This document shows positions 17,261 to 25,213 of a stretch of DNA of 38,884 bases, in pieces. Position 1 is the stretch's first letter. Each line of letters starts with the position of its first letter. The notes under the pieces were generated by a model. The model was given only the letters and a program-made list of their open reading frames with translations, made no database searches and was not told where the DNA came from. The position numbers and the translations under genes are program-made. The stretch spans positions 1-38,884 of IMG/VR virus record IMGVR_UViG_3300044728_000132. The stretch is one strand, 5' to 3'. Source of the stretch: a virus (Duplodnaviria; Caudoviricetes).

Positions 17261-19008
17261 TGGAACTTCGCCTGGCGCCCGTCGACATCGGATTCGACGA
17301 GCCCGCGCTGCGCGGGAAGATGACGCCGAACTCGGTGCGCATTCAGCCCGTCGACATCGGATTCGACTTCCGTGCGAACGCGCAACCGTCGTACTCGGGC
17401 CCCGGCGCGGTCGTGCATGGCATCGTCCCGCCGCCACTCCCGCAGGTCGACGACTACGTGATCACTGTCGTCGACAGGCTCGGCGCGACACACGAGACGC
17501 TGACTCCCGACTTCACCGTCACGTCGCTGCGGTGGGAGCGCAACGGGCTGGGCGGCGCGACGATCACCGGGCCGATCACCTCGCCGCTGCTGCACCCGTT
17601 CTTCGACGCGCAGGGGAACTGGATCGACAACCGGCTGATCGCGATCTACCGAGGCGCGAACTTCATCAAGACATTCGTGCCGTCACCACGCGCGGACCAG
17701 CACGTCCTCGACGTTGACGGTGCTGGCCGTGCCTACGACCTGTCCCGTAAGTTCGTCGGGCGGAACAACCAGCAACCGAACCTCGCGACCAACGGCTCCT
17801 TCGACGAGGGTGTGGTCGGGTGGACGGAGAACGGCAGCGTCGACCTGGTGTGGTCACCGACCGAGGGTCACGCGAAGCCTGGCGCCGCGTCAGTGAGCGC
17901 ATCGTCGAGCGGCGACAACTTCTTCTCGCAGAACATCACGGTGCCCGACTCGCCGTTCGAGACGTTCGTGTGGATCGAGGGCTGGGCGAAGGTGCCCGCC
18001 ACGGTCGGCACGACCCACCTGCCCGGTGAGGAGCTCGGGATCAAGGTGCTCGCTTCGGTGTCGGGCACAAACGTGTTCATCGATGGCACGCAACTCGACT
18101 GGACTCGTGTCGGTGCGTGGCAGCGCGTCGTGCTGAAGGTCTACATCCCGGCGAACCAGACGTCGCAGTTGCAGGTGCAGTTCATGTCACCGACCGTGGA
18201 GAGCGTGCTGTGGGACGACGTCTACATCAGACGCGAGGAGCGGCTGTACGCGACGGGCGGGCCTGAAGACATCATCGCTGCGCTGGTGATCCACTCGCAG
18301 AACGAGAGCATCGGCAAGACCAACGTGGGTATCACGTTCGACGGGTCGAACTCCTCGGGTGAGGTGGCCCTGACCCGCGCCTACAAGTACGCGGAGCGGG
18401 CGAACATTCTCACGGCGATTCAAGAGGTCTCGCAGTTGAACCGCTCCGTCGACTGGCACCTCGAAGAGCCCAGCCTCGGTGACGCGATCGTGACGACGTA
18501 CCCGCGCACCGGGTTCGACACCGGCAATATGCAAACCCTCGAGTACGGCAAGAACGTCAACGACTTCTCGTGGGTGTGGGACACGCCGCGCCGCGCTGAC
18601 ATCGTCGCCTACCTCGGGCGTGGCTCGGGCGACCTCGTGAACGAGGCGTTCGCGAACGATCCCGACACCGACGTTGGGTGGGAGAAGGTGGTGTTCGCGA
18701 CGATCGAGGCGAGCATCGCAACGCAGGACGCGGCTGACGGTGTGCTCGCCGTGATCAAGCGGGCGCGTGTGCTGCGGCTGTTCTGTCACCGCGCCTGGGG
18801 TGACGACGGGTTCCCGTTCGACCCGATCGAGTCGTGCTGGATCGGTGACCTTCTTCCCTGTCGCCGGGTCAACGTCAAGATTCAGTTCGGCCCGATCAAG
18901 GTGAACGAGGTGTGTCTCATCGTCGCGTGCGAGGGCACGCCTGGACCTGAGACGTTGACGGTTGACTGCATTCCCGTAAGCGCGATCGAGGAGGCCGAGA
19001 GTGAGTGA
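17260..19008 (+). CDS. Minor tail (hub/Tal-like) protein with an inserted carbohydrate-binding module
   Basis: 582 aa; hub-like N- and C-terminal parts flank NLATNGSFDEG...W...WQRV...WDDVYI (CBM4/9-like). Confidence 0.7.
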   Translation: MELRLAPVDIGFDEPALRGKMTPNSVRIQPVDIGFDFRANAQPSYSGPGAVVHGIVPPPLPQVDDYVITVVDRLGATHETLTPDFTVTSLRWERNGLGGATITGPITSPLLHPFFDAQGNWIDNRLIAIYRGANFIKTFVPSPRADQHVLDVDGAGRAYDLSRKFVGRNNQQPNLATNGSFDEGVVGWTENGSVDLVWSPTEGHAKPGAASVSASSSGDNFFSQNITVPDSPFETFVWIEGWAKVPATVGTTHLPGEELGIKVLASVSGTNVFIDGTQLDWTRVGAWQRVVLKVYIPANQTSQLQVQFMSPTVESVLWDDVYIRREERLYATGGPEDIIAALVIHSQNESIGKTNVGITFDGSNSSGEVALTRAYKYAERANILTAIQEVSQLNRSVDWHLEEPSLGDAIVTTYPRTGFDTGNMQTLEYGKNVNDFSWVWDTPRRADIVAYLGRGSGDLVNEAFANDPDTDVGWEKVVFATIEASIATQDAADGVLAVIKRARVLRLFCHRAWGDDGFPFDPIESCWIGDLLPCRRVNVKIQFGPIKVNEVCLIVACEGTPGPETLTVDCIPVSAIEEAESE

Positions 19009-19543
19009 CCACCTGGGGATGCCGTCGCTGACGAAGGGACAGGCGAAGCAGGACGAGCGGCTGTACGAACTCGAACGGAAGGCGCGCCTTGACGAGGACG
19101 CCGACGTGCAGGACGGGTGCTGCATGACCTACTGCGCGTTCAAGTCGGGCACCTCGTCGCTGGCTGCGGGTGCGACGGGCTCGCTGACGTTCAACATCAA
19201 GCGAGAGAAGCGGGGGCGGGTGCTGGTGTGGGGCACGGCCTCCGCGCGGATCGACACTGGCACCGACCTCTTCTTCGGCGGGCGGATCAGTGTGGGCGGC
19301 ACGTTCTACGACCCGCGCATCACCGAACGGGAACAGGGAGCAACGGCGGGGGATCGTGTGAGCATCGCTCCGCTCCTCGCTGTCGACTTCACGATGGGCG
19401 CCGACATGGCCGTCGCGATGCAAGTCCAGAATCACGGCGGGTCCGGGCTGACCTGGCTGTCGGGCGCGCTGATCGCGCACGTGTTCTACACGCGGGCTGG
19501 GTCCCTCTCGTGCTCGCCGCCCATCGGTGGGACGGGTGTGTGA
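19001..19543 (+). CDS. Minor tail protein
   Basis: N-terminal ERLYELER coiled coil followed by a beta-sandwich; follows the hub gene. Confidence 0.6.
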   Translation: MSDHLGMPSLTKGQAKQDERLYELERKARLDEDADVQDGCCMTYCAFKSGTSSLAAGATGSLTFNIKREKRGRVLVWGTASARIDTGTDLFFGGRISVGGTFYDPRITEREQGATAGDRVSIAPLLAVDFTMGADMAVAMQVQNHGGSGLTWLSGALIAHVFYTRAGSLSCSPPIGGTGV

Positions 19544-20316
19544 TGCACGTCGTCTGGCTGGCCGAGGGGTACACGTGGGGGCCGTTGACGCGGGTGGTCG
19601 CGGTGCTCGGTGCGGCGCGGCTGCCGGGACACGTGCTCGCCCAGCGGAGCACCGACGACAACGCGCCGCTGATCGTGGAGAAGATTCCGTTCGCGCACGC
19701 CGAGTGCTGCGGCGAGCGGACGATGGGGCATCTACTCGACGAGTCGCTCGCGGCTGACGTCATCGTCGCGGACATGTGCTGGGCCGACCTCGCGAAGAAC
19801 GATGGCCGTCCGAGTGTGATCCTCGGGATGCACGGCGACGGTGATTGGGACCTCGACGACATGCCGATTCACCCGTGGGCGTGGCAGCCCTTCGCACGGC
19901 GCAAGGACATCCGTCTCTTCTACGACGTGGACGACGACACACCGCTTGTCGCGGTGATGTCGCCGGTGCGAATGGAGAACGTGCTGGAGAATCACGTGCG
20001 TGACGCGCTGCCCGCTGGTGCTCGGCTCGTGTCGCTGACGGGCGTCGACGCGTCGAGGCGCATGGTGGGCGCGGACCTCGTGGTCACCTCAGCGGGTTGG
20101 GGGTCGTCGTGGGAGGCGAGGTGGACAGGCGCGCCGTACTGCCTCGTCGACGTAGGCGGGCCCGACCAACCGCAGCGCGCGACGCACTCCTACGACGAGG
20201 CCCGCGAGGCCGTCGCGAACGTCAGGCTGGCCGACCTTCCCCCTGAGCACACCGCGACACGCGTCGATCACGTGACTGACTTCACCGATCTGCTCCACTT
20301 ACTCGTGGGGGACTGA
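19543..20316 (+). CDS. GT-B glycosyltransferase-like protein (GT28/SpsG-like)
   Basis: N-terminal EGYTWGPLTR resembles G.G.GH..R; C-terminal GADLVVTSAGWGSSWEA...G.P...V......Q..RA; TGATG overlap. Confidence 0.6.
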   Translation: MHVVWLAEGYTWGPLTRVVAVLGAARLPGHVLAQRSTDDNAPLIVEKIPFAHAECCGERTMGHLLDESLAADVIVADMCWADLAKNDGRPSVILGMHGDGDWDLDDMPIHPWAWQPFARRKDIRLFYDVDDDTPLVAVMSPVRMENVLENHVRDALPAGARLVSLTGVDASRRMVGADLVVTSAGWGSSWEARWTGAPYCLVDVGGPDQPQRATHSYDEAREAVANVRLADLPPEHTATRVDHVTDFTDLLHLLVGD

Positions 20317-20317
20317 C

Positions 20318-21013
20318 ATGGGTTGCTATGAGAAAGCGACGGCCTGCACACGCGAGCAGCCTGGCGCGCGTGCGCTGTACGACTACATCTTGCGGGACTC
20401 GCACGGTGTGCTCGCCGGGCTCGGCATCTACAACTGCCGTCCGCCTCGCTTGCAGGTTTCGGGCTACTCGACGCACGCCGAGGGACGCGCGCTCGACATC
20501 ACTGCGAACCCGGTCTCGTCGAACTCGATCCCGGTCGGCTCGTTGGCCGATGTGGCGGTTCGTTCGTGGCGAGCCCAACTCGTGCAGAACTACCGGGCGC
20601 TCGGCGTGCAACGCATCCTCTACAAGTCCGACGAGTGGAGATGCGACCTCGGGTGGCGCACGGTCTCGGTCTCGCTTGCGAAGCTGCATCAGAACCACAT
20701 GCACGTCGAACTCACGCGTGCCTCGGCGCGCTCACTGACCACGGCGCAGATCGACGCCGCTCTCAAGCCAGGAGACCAGGACATGACGCCAGCGCAGGAG
20801 AAGAAACTCGACGCCGTGCTCACATTCCTCAACGACACGTTCGGCGTGGACGCGGCAGGGCAGGCGAAGGACATCAGGTTGAAGATCGACAAGAACTACA
20901 TCGGTCTCTACGGCGACGACCATGCCGACATGGTGGCTGGCCGCGTGCTCGCCCTCGAACAGAAGATGGACGCGGTGCTCAACCACCTCGGCATCCCGGA
21001 CCCCACCACCTAG
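20318..21013 (+). CDS. Endolysin, M15-like Zn peptidase
   Basis: IYNCR...STHAEGRALD (HxxxxxxD) and HQNHMHVE Zn ligands; directly upstream of a membrane protein. Confidence 0.8.
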   Translation: MGCYEKATACTREQPGARALYDYILRDSHGVLAGLGIYNCRPPRLQVSGYSTHAEGRALDITANPVSSNSIPVGSLADVAVRSWRAQLVQNYRALGVQRILYKSDEWRCDLGWRTVSVSLAKLHQNHMHVELTRASARSLTTAQIDAALKPGDQDMTPAQEKKLDAVLTFLNDTFGVDAAGQAKDIRLKIDKNYIGLYGDDHADMVAGRVLALEQKMDAVLNHLGIPDPTT

Positions 21014-21036
21014 ACCACTACGAAAGGATTGTCCGC

Positions 21037-21384
21037 ATGGACCTCACCGGAATCATGGGTGTCGTCGGCCTCGCCGCATTGACGCTCACGTTCGTCGACT
21101 TCCTGAAGAACCTCACCCCGCCCGATCACGATTACAACGCGGCCATCACGCAGGTCGTCGCCTGGGTGTCGGGCCTCGTGGCCGTGTTCCTCTACGGCGA
21201 GTCGCAGTTGGGCGACACGATCACGATCGGCACCACGACCCTCGACCACGCCGACACAGCGACGAAGATCATCGTCGGCCTGTCGGTCTCGTCGATCGCG
21301 AGCACCTTCTACAAGTTCAGCAAGTCGGTCGACTCAAGCGACTCGAACAAGCAGCCACCGCTCCTCGGTCCTCCTGGCCCGTAG
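21037..21384 (+). CDS. Holin-like membrane protein
   Basis: GAAAGGA RBS; 115 aa with 2-3 TM segments; follows the endolysin. Confidence 0.7.
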   Translation: MDLTGIMGVVGLAALTLTFVDFLKNLTPPDHDYNAAITQVVAWVSGLVAVFLYGESQLGDTITIGTTTLDHADTATKIIVGLSVSSIASTFYKFSKSVDSSDSNKQPPLLGPPGP

Positions 21385-21396
21385 CGGCACCCGCGG

Positions 21397-21407
21397 TGCG
21401 GTACCGT
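21397..21407 (+). promoter_or_regulatory. Putative -10 element (TGCGG-TACCGT) for the downstream small RNA
   Basis: TAnnnT hexamer at 21402-21407 with the same TGCGG prefix as the 21551 promoter. Confidence 0.4.
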
Positions 21408-21413
21408 GGGCAC

Positions 21414-21513
21414 CGCCTTCCTTGGCCGGGGGGCACCTCACGGGCAGCCCCGTTCCCACGATCCTTCGGTGACTAGGCATGGTCTCTCGGGAGCGTGAGA
21501 GCGGGGCTGCCTC
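21414..21513 (+). ncRNA. Candidate trans-acting antisense small RNA (hairpin with anti-RBS/anti-start-codon loop)
   Basis: Arms 21443-21460 and 21494-21511 pair at 17 of 18 positions. The loop holds TCCTTCGGT and GGCATGGTCTCTC, reverse complements of the start-associated sequence. Confidence 0.6.
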
Positions 21514-21534
21514 GCGGTCCGCTTAAGGCGCCTG

Positions 21535-21556
21535 TGTCACACCCCTGCGGTAGGGT
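21535..21556 (+). promoter_or_regulatory. RecA-NDp/PafBC-type promoter (TGTCAC-N10-TAGGGT)
   Basis: Spacing matches the actinobacterial TGTCRG-N10-TAnnnT motif with one mismatch; heads the recombination/replication operon. Confidence 0.5.
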
Positions 21557-21589
21557 TCGTGTAGCCCCGCACAGTGCGAGGTGAGAACG

Positions 21590-21603
21590 GAGAGACCATG
21601 CCT
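21590..21603 (+). promoter_or_regulatory. Start-associated sequence copy 2 (GAGAGACCATGCCT)
   Basis: Read directly; ATG 21598. Confidence 0.75.
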
Positions 21604-22323
21604 GACATCGTTCCCCTACCACCCGAGTTGTGCGCGCCCGACGACGCGCCCGCGATGGCCGACGTGTTACGCGGTGACCTCGTCGAGGCGGGCACGGACC
21701 TGCCGAGCAAGTGGCACATCGGTGATGATCGGTCCGCCGAGTGGGCTATGCGGATGCTCGTGCAGATCGAGTTGAAGCGAAGCGAAGTCCGCGAGCAAGC
21801 GTCGAGGTGGATGCAAGAGATCGTCGACTGGCTCGAACGGCAGGACCGCTCGCTGGCTCGTGGCGTCAACTACTTCGATGGGCAGCTTCGCACTTACGCG
21901 CTGGCTCGCCGTGCGATCGACGAGGACGCGAAGACCTTGCGCCTCCCGTCGGGTGACGTGAACACGACGAAAACGCGCCCCAGGTTGGAGATCACCGACG
22001 GGGACGCGCTCCTCGGGTTCCTGAAGGCTGCGAACCGGACGGAACTGATCCGCACGAAGGAGGAGGTGCAGGTCTCCGCGTTGAAGGACGCGGTGAAGAT
22101 CGAGCACGGGCCCGCCCTGTTCAGCGTCAGCATGGACTGCGGCGACACGTTCGAGGCCGACTCCGACGACGTGCGGTTCTGTCGTGTGTGCGGGGCCGAG
22201 GGCGCGGTGATGGAGGTCGAGCAGATCGTGTTCGAGCAGTGGTGGCCCACGCTGTACGGCGTCGTGCTGCCTGGCGTCGAGGTGGTCCCACCGTCCGTCT
22301 CAGCAAAGGTGGTACCGAAGTGA
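21598..22323 (+). CDS. Mu Gam-like host-nuclease inhibitor / DNA end-binding protein
   Basis: SAEWAMR.L coiled coil, KTLRLPSG.V...K..P, LIRTKEE....ALK, C-terminal LPGVEV; inserted C..C cluster. Confidence 0.75.
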   Translation: MPDIVPLPPELCAPDDAPAMADVLRGDLVEAGTDLPSKWHIGDDRSAEWAMRMLVQIELKRSEVREQASRWMQEIVDWLERQDRSLARGVNYFDGQLRTYALARRAIDEDAKTLRLPSGDVNTTKTRPRLEITDGDALLGFLKAANRTELIRTKEEVQVSALKDAVKIEHGPALFSVSMDCGDTFEADSDDVRFCRVCGAEGAVMEVEQIVFEQWWPTLYGVVLPGVEVVPPSVSAKVVPK

Positions 22324-22520
22324 GCGCGCCCTTTGCGTGCTGCTTCTGCGATCAGGCGGTGAACGATCACTACCGCGAGGTCACCGGGTGGGAGGTCCGA
22401 CGCGCGGGTGGCGGTGCGAATCAGATCGTCGGCCGCAAGGAGACCGGGCGGTTCGCGTGCAACGCGTGCATCCGCCAGATCCGAGACGGGCTGCCGCCCG
22501 CCTCCCCGACCCTGCTGTGA
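22320..22520 (+). CDS. Small zinc-finger protein
   Basis: CCFC...GWE..R..GGAN.I...ACNAC; GTGA overlaps. Confidence 0.65.
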   Translation: MSAPFACCFCDQAVNDHYREVTGWEVRRAGGGANQIVGRKETGRFACNACIRQIRDGLPPASPTLL

Positions 22521-22912
22521 GCGAGGACCGATGGATCGAGCAGGCCGAGGTGCGGTCGTTCGACGTGATCGCGCCGTTCTCCCCCTACGTCGAGACGTAC
22601 TGGCTCCCGACGATCGGGCCGTCCGCGACGTGGCTCTACCGGCGCCTCGTGCAGTGGCTGGCAGCCGAGCCTGACGGGCTGACGATCGACCTTGAAGAGA
22701 CGGGCCGGATGATCGGCCTGTACGGCGGGGTCGGCAAGAACGCGAGCGTCGTGAAGACCGGCAATCGTCTCGTGCAGTTCCACATCGTCGAGGAGGAGGG
22801 CCGGAAGCTGCGTGTGCGCATGATGCTCCCGTGCCTCACCGACCGACAGGTGGAGCACCTGCCCGAGCGTCTGCGCCGTGCGCACACCACACCCACACCC
22901 GCAGTAAGTTGA
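22517..22912 (+). CDS. Winged-helix protein resembling the N-terminus of DnaB/DnaD-type replication initiation proteins
   Basis: YVETYWLPTIGPSATWLYRRL...IDL...G..IGL...RLVQF. Confidence 0.55.
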   Translation: MSEDRWIEQAEVRSFDVIAPFSPYVETYWLPTIGPSATWLYRRLVQWLAAEPDGLTIDLEETGRMIGLYGGVGKNASVVKTGNRLVQFHIVEEEGRKLRVRMMLPCLTDRQVEHLPERLRRAHTTPTPAVS

Positions 22913-22939
22913 GCCCCCTGTAACACCCACCTCAAGAAG

Positions 22940-22952
22940 GAGAGACCATGCC
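22940..22952 (+). promoter_or_regulatory. Start-associated sequence copy 3 (GAGAGACCATGCC)
   Basis: Read directly; ATG 22948. Confidence 0.75.
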
Positions 22953-24327
22953 GAATCAACAAGACACCACGACGGGCACCGCGACGAGCCGTGCCCGTCA
23001 ACCCCGTCGTGCAGTCCGCAAGCAAGGGTCCGCGCGGTTGGCCCTGTCAGGGCCGTCCGGTTCGGGGAAGACCTGGACCGCGTTGAGCATCGCTGAGCAG
23101 TTGGGCCAGCGGGTGATCTTCATCGACACCGAGCCTGGCGACGCGGGGCAGACGGCCTCGTCGTACTACTCGGACGCGTTCCGGTTCGACGTGATCGAGT
23201 GGGCCGCGCCGTACAACCCTCGTGACCTGACGTTGACGATCCAGGAGTTGGCGACGTTGCCGTGCCCCGCCGATGGGTTCTGGCCCGGTGAGCCTGGCTA
23301 CCAGGTGTGCGTCGTCGACAGTGGCTCGCATTTCTGGACGGGTGACGGTGGCACCCTCGACATCGCGGACCAGCGGTTCTCAGGGTGGAAGGTCGCGAGC
23401 CCGGTGCAGCAGGACTTGATCGACGCGATCCTGCGCTCACCGATGCACATGATCTTCTGCACCCGAGCGAAGCAGGCCTACGAAGTGAACGAGGTCGTCA
23501 AGGACGGGCGCACGAGGCAAGAGGTCGTGAAGTTGGGCATGGCCCCGATCCAACGCGCCGACCTCGAGTACGAGTTCCAGGTCGTGGTGATGATGGACCA
23601 GGACCACGTGATGTCGATCGGCAAGACACGGTGCCAGCAGTTGGCGGGCCTCTCGTTCAAGGCTGACCATCAGGGCGACTTCGCCGCGATCTACAAGAGC
23701 TGGCTGGAAGCGGGCGAGGTGCTGATCCGGCAGGCCGACGCGGACCTGATCCGTGATGCGCTCAACACGGTGCCGGGGGAGTCGAGGGCCGCAGCGAAGA
23801 AACAGTGGCTCGACGAGTTCGGGCATCCGTCGTACCTCGTCGAGGACCGCCTGCCCGCTGCCTGGTCGTGGCTGAGCGGGACGGTCGGCGTGGACCCGCA
23901 CCAGTACGCGCCTGACGGGACCACGCTCGACGAGCCGGTGGTCGCGTGCATCACCTGCGGGCTCCCCCTGGCCGCGCGGTGGCATGACGGGGGAACCCTC
24001 GTGGTGCCTCCCAGGGAGGCGCCCCAGGAGGCCCCAGGGGGCGAGCCCGAGGAGACCCCTACCCCAACCCCCGAACCGGACCCCAGCCCCCCAGGCGAGC
24101 CCCAGGGGGCCGCTCCTGCCGATCCCCAGGGGGCTGACGGTGAGGACCCCCAGGGGGAGCCCGTCGAGGACGTCCCGACTGACGTGCGTGCCGCGTACGT
24201 GGCCACGTTGCGAGACCTCTCCGCGGACGATCTGTCGGCCGCGCTAAAGGAGGCGGGGCTCGCGGTGAACGGGTCGAAGGACGTGCGGATCACGCGCCTG
24301 GCGAACCACGTGCTGGGCGACTCGTGA
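22948..24327 (+). CDS. Sak4-like AAA ATPase/recombinase with C-terminal SAP domain
   Basis: Walker A GPSGSGKT, IDTE, VVDSGSHFW, KLGMAPIQR..LEYEF, KTR; C-terminal LSADDLSAALKEAGLAVNGSK...ITRL. Confidence 0.85.
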   Translation: MPNQQDTTTGTATSRARQPRRAVRKQGSARLALSGPSGSGKTWTALSIAEQLGQRVIFIDTEPGDAGQTASSYYSDAFRFDVIEWAAPYNPRDLTLTIQELATLPCPADGFWPGEPGYQVCVVDSGSHFWTGDGGTLDIADQRFSGWKVASPVQQDLIDAILRSPMHMIFCTRAKQAYEVNEVVKDGRTRQEVVKLGMAPIQRADLEYEFQVVVMMDQDHVMSIGKTRCQQLAGLSFKADHQGDFAAIYKSWLEAGEVLIRQADADLIRDALNTVPGESRAAAKKQWLDEFGHPSYLVEDRLPAAWSWLSGTVGVDPHQYAPDGTTLDEPVVACITCGLPLAARWHDGGTLVVPPREAPQEAPGGEPEETPTPTPEPDPSPPGEPQGAAPADPQGADGEDPQGEPVEDVPTDVRAAYVATLRDLSADDLSAALKEAGLAVNGSKDVRITRLANHVLGDS

Positions 24328-24509
24328 TGGGCAACCTGCGGATCATTCGCGCCGGAGAGACCTTCCACTATCCCGAGGTCGAGGTCGTGCTTTACGACCC
24401 ACCTCACGAGCGCATGGTGCTCAGCGCGGACGACGTCGAAGTCGTCGTCCTTCGGGGAGCATGGGTCATCACGTTGATCGACCCGAAGATCACGGACCTC
24501 ACCTCGTGA
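24324..24509 (+). CDS. Hypothetical protein, 61 aa
   Basis: Coupled to both neighbours by 4-nt overlaps. Confidence 0.55.
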   Translation: MMGNLRIIRAGETFHYPEVEVVLYDPPHERMVLSADDVEVVVLRGAWVITLIDPKITDLTS

Positions 24510-25213
24510 GCGTCTACCCCCTGGGCGCCGTATGGCACGAGTCCCACGCCATCGGCGCCGCGTTCATCGTGCTCCTCGCTATCGCTGACGAGGCAAACGA
24601 CGACGGGCTGTGCTCGGCCTACAACCGAAGCCGAGCGCACCTCGCCAAGAAGTGCCGACTGTCCGAACGGTCGGTGCAGCGCGCCGTCCGCGACCTCGTC
24701 GAACTCGGCGAACTGCGCGTGCTCGAACGCGGCAAAGGCAACCAGCAGTCGTCGTATCAAGTGGTCCTGGCGGGGTTCCCGCGGGGAGACAGCGTGGCTC
24801 CTCGGGGGAGACAGCGTGGCTCCTCGGGGGAGACACTGAGTCTCCTCGGGGGAGACACTGTGGCTCCCCCTATTAAGGAACCCGTTATTACCCGTTCTTC
24901 CCGTTCTACCCGTGGCGCGAAGCGCGACAAGGCAGGACCCAACTTCGAGGCCGCACATGCTCTTGCTCGCGAGGAATGGGAGAGCAGGTCACGCAAACCC
25001 GTGTGCGGCTTTCCTGCGTTCGCGTTGCGCATCGAGGAGTCGCTAGACGCGGGCGCCACCGAGGAGCAGCTTCGCAAGGTGCTCCCGACCATGACTGTGT
25101 TCAGTCGCAACGCGTTCGACTTCGCACTCGGCGGTAGCGGCAAGCGGGTACGCAAGGCGCCGGTCGATGACAGTGCGCAGCGGGCCGCGCCTGCGGGCAA
25201 GGTTGAACTGTGA
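24506..25213 (+). CDS. HTH replication initiator (lambda O-like organisation)
   Basis: VLLAIADEANDDG.C...LAKKCRLSERSVQRAVRDLVELGEL; internal direct repeats; followed by a DnaC-like gene. Confidence 0.8.
   Translation: MSVYPLGAVWHESHAIGAAFIVLLAIADEANDDGLCSAYNRSRAHLAKKCRLSERSVQRAVRDLVELGELRVLERGKGNQQSSYQVVLAGFPRGDSVAPRGRQRGSSGETLSLLGGDTVAPPIKEPVITRSSRSTRGAKRDKAGPNFEAAHALAREEWESRSRKPVCGFPAFALRIEESLDAGATEEQLRKVLPTMTVFSRNAFDFALGGSGKRVRKAPVDDSAQRAAPAGKVEL
24781..24913. repeat. Iterons of the putative replication origin
   Basis: Four ~22-bp units CGGGGGAGACA(GC/CT)G(TG/AG)(G/T)CTCC(T/C) at 24781-24868, then AT-richer TATTAAGG and four CCCGT(T) repeats. Confidence 0.75.

Noticed and set aside
21334-21480. 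Minus-strand ORF starting at the antisense copy of GAGAGACCATG (MPSHRRIVG..., 48 aa)
   Set aside because: It lacks the AAGG part of the RBS, is buried in a strong stem, has non-protein-like composition, overlaps the holin, and would be the only minus-strand gene.
24781-24868. CRISPR-like repeats
   Set aside because: The repeats are tandem with no spacers and lie inside a replication initiator; iterons explain them.
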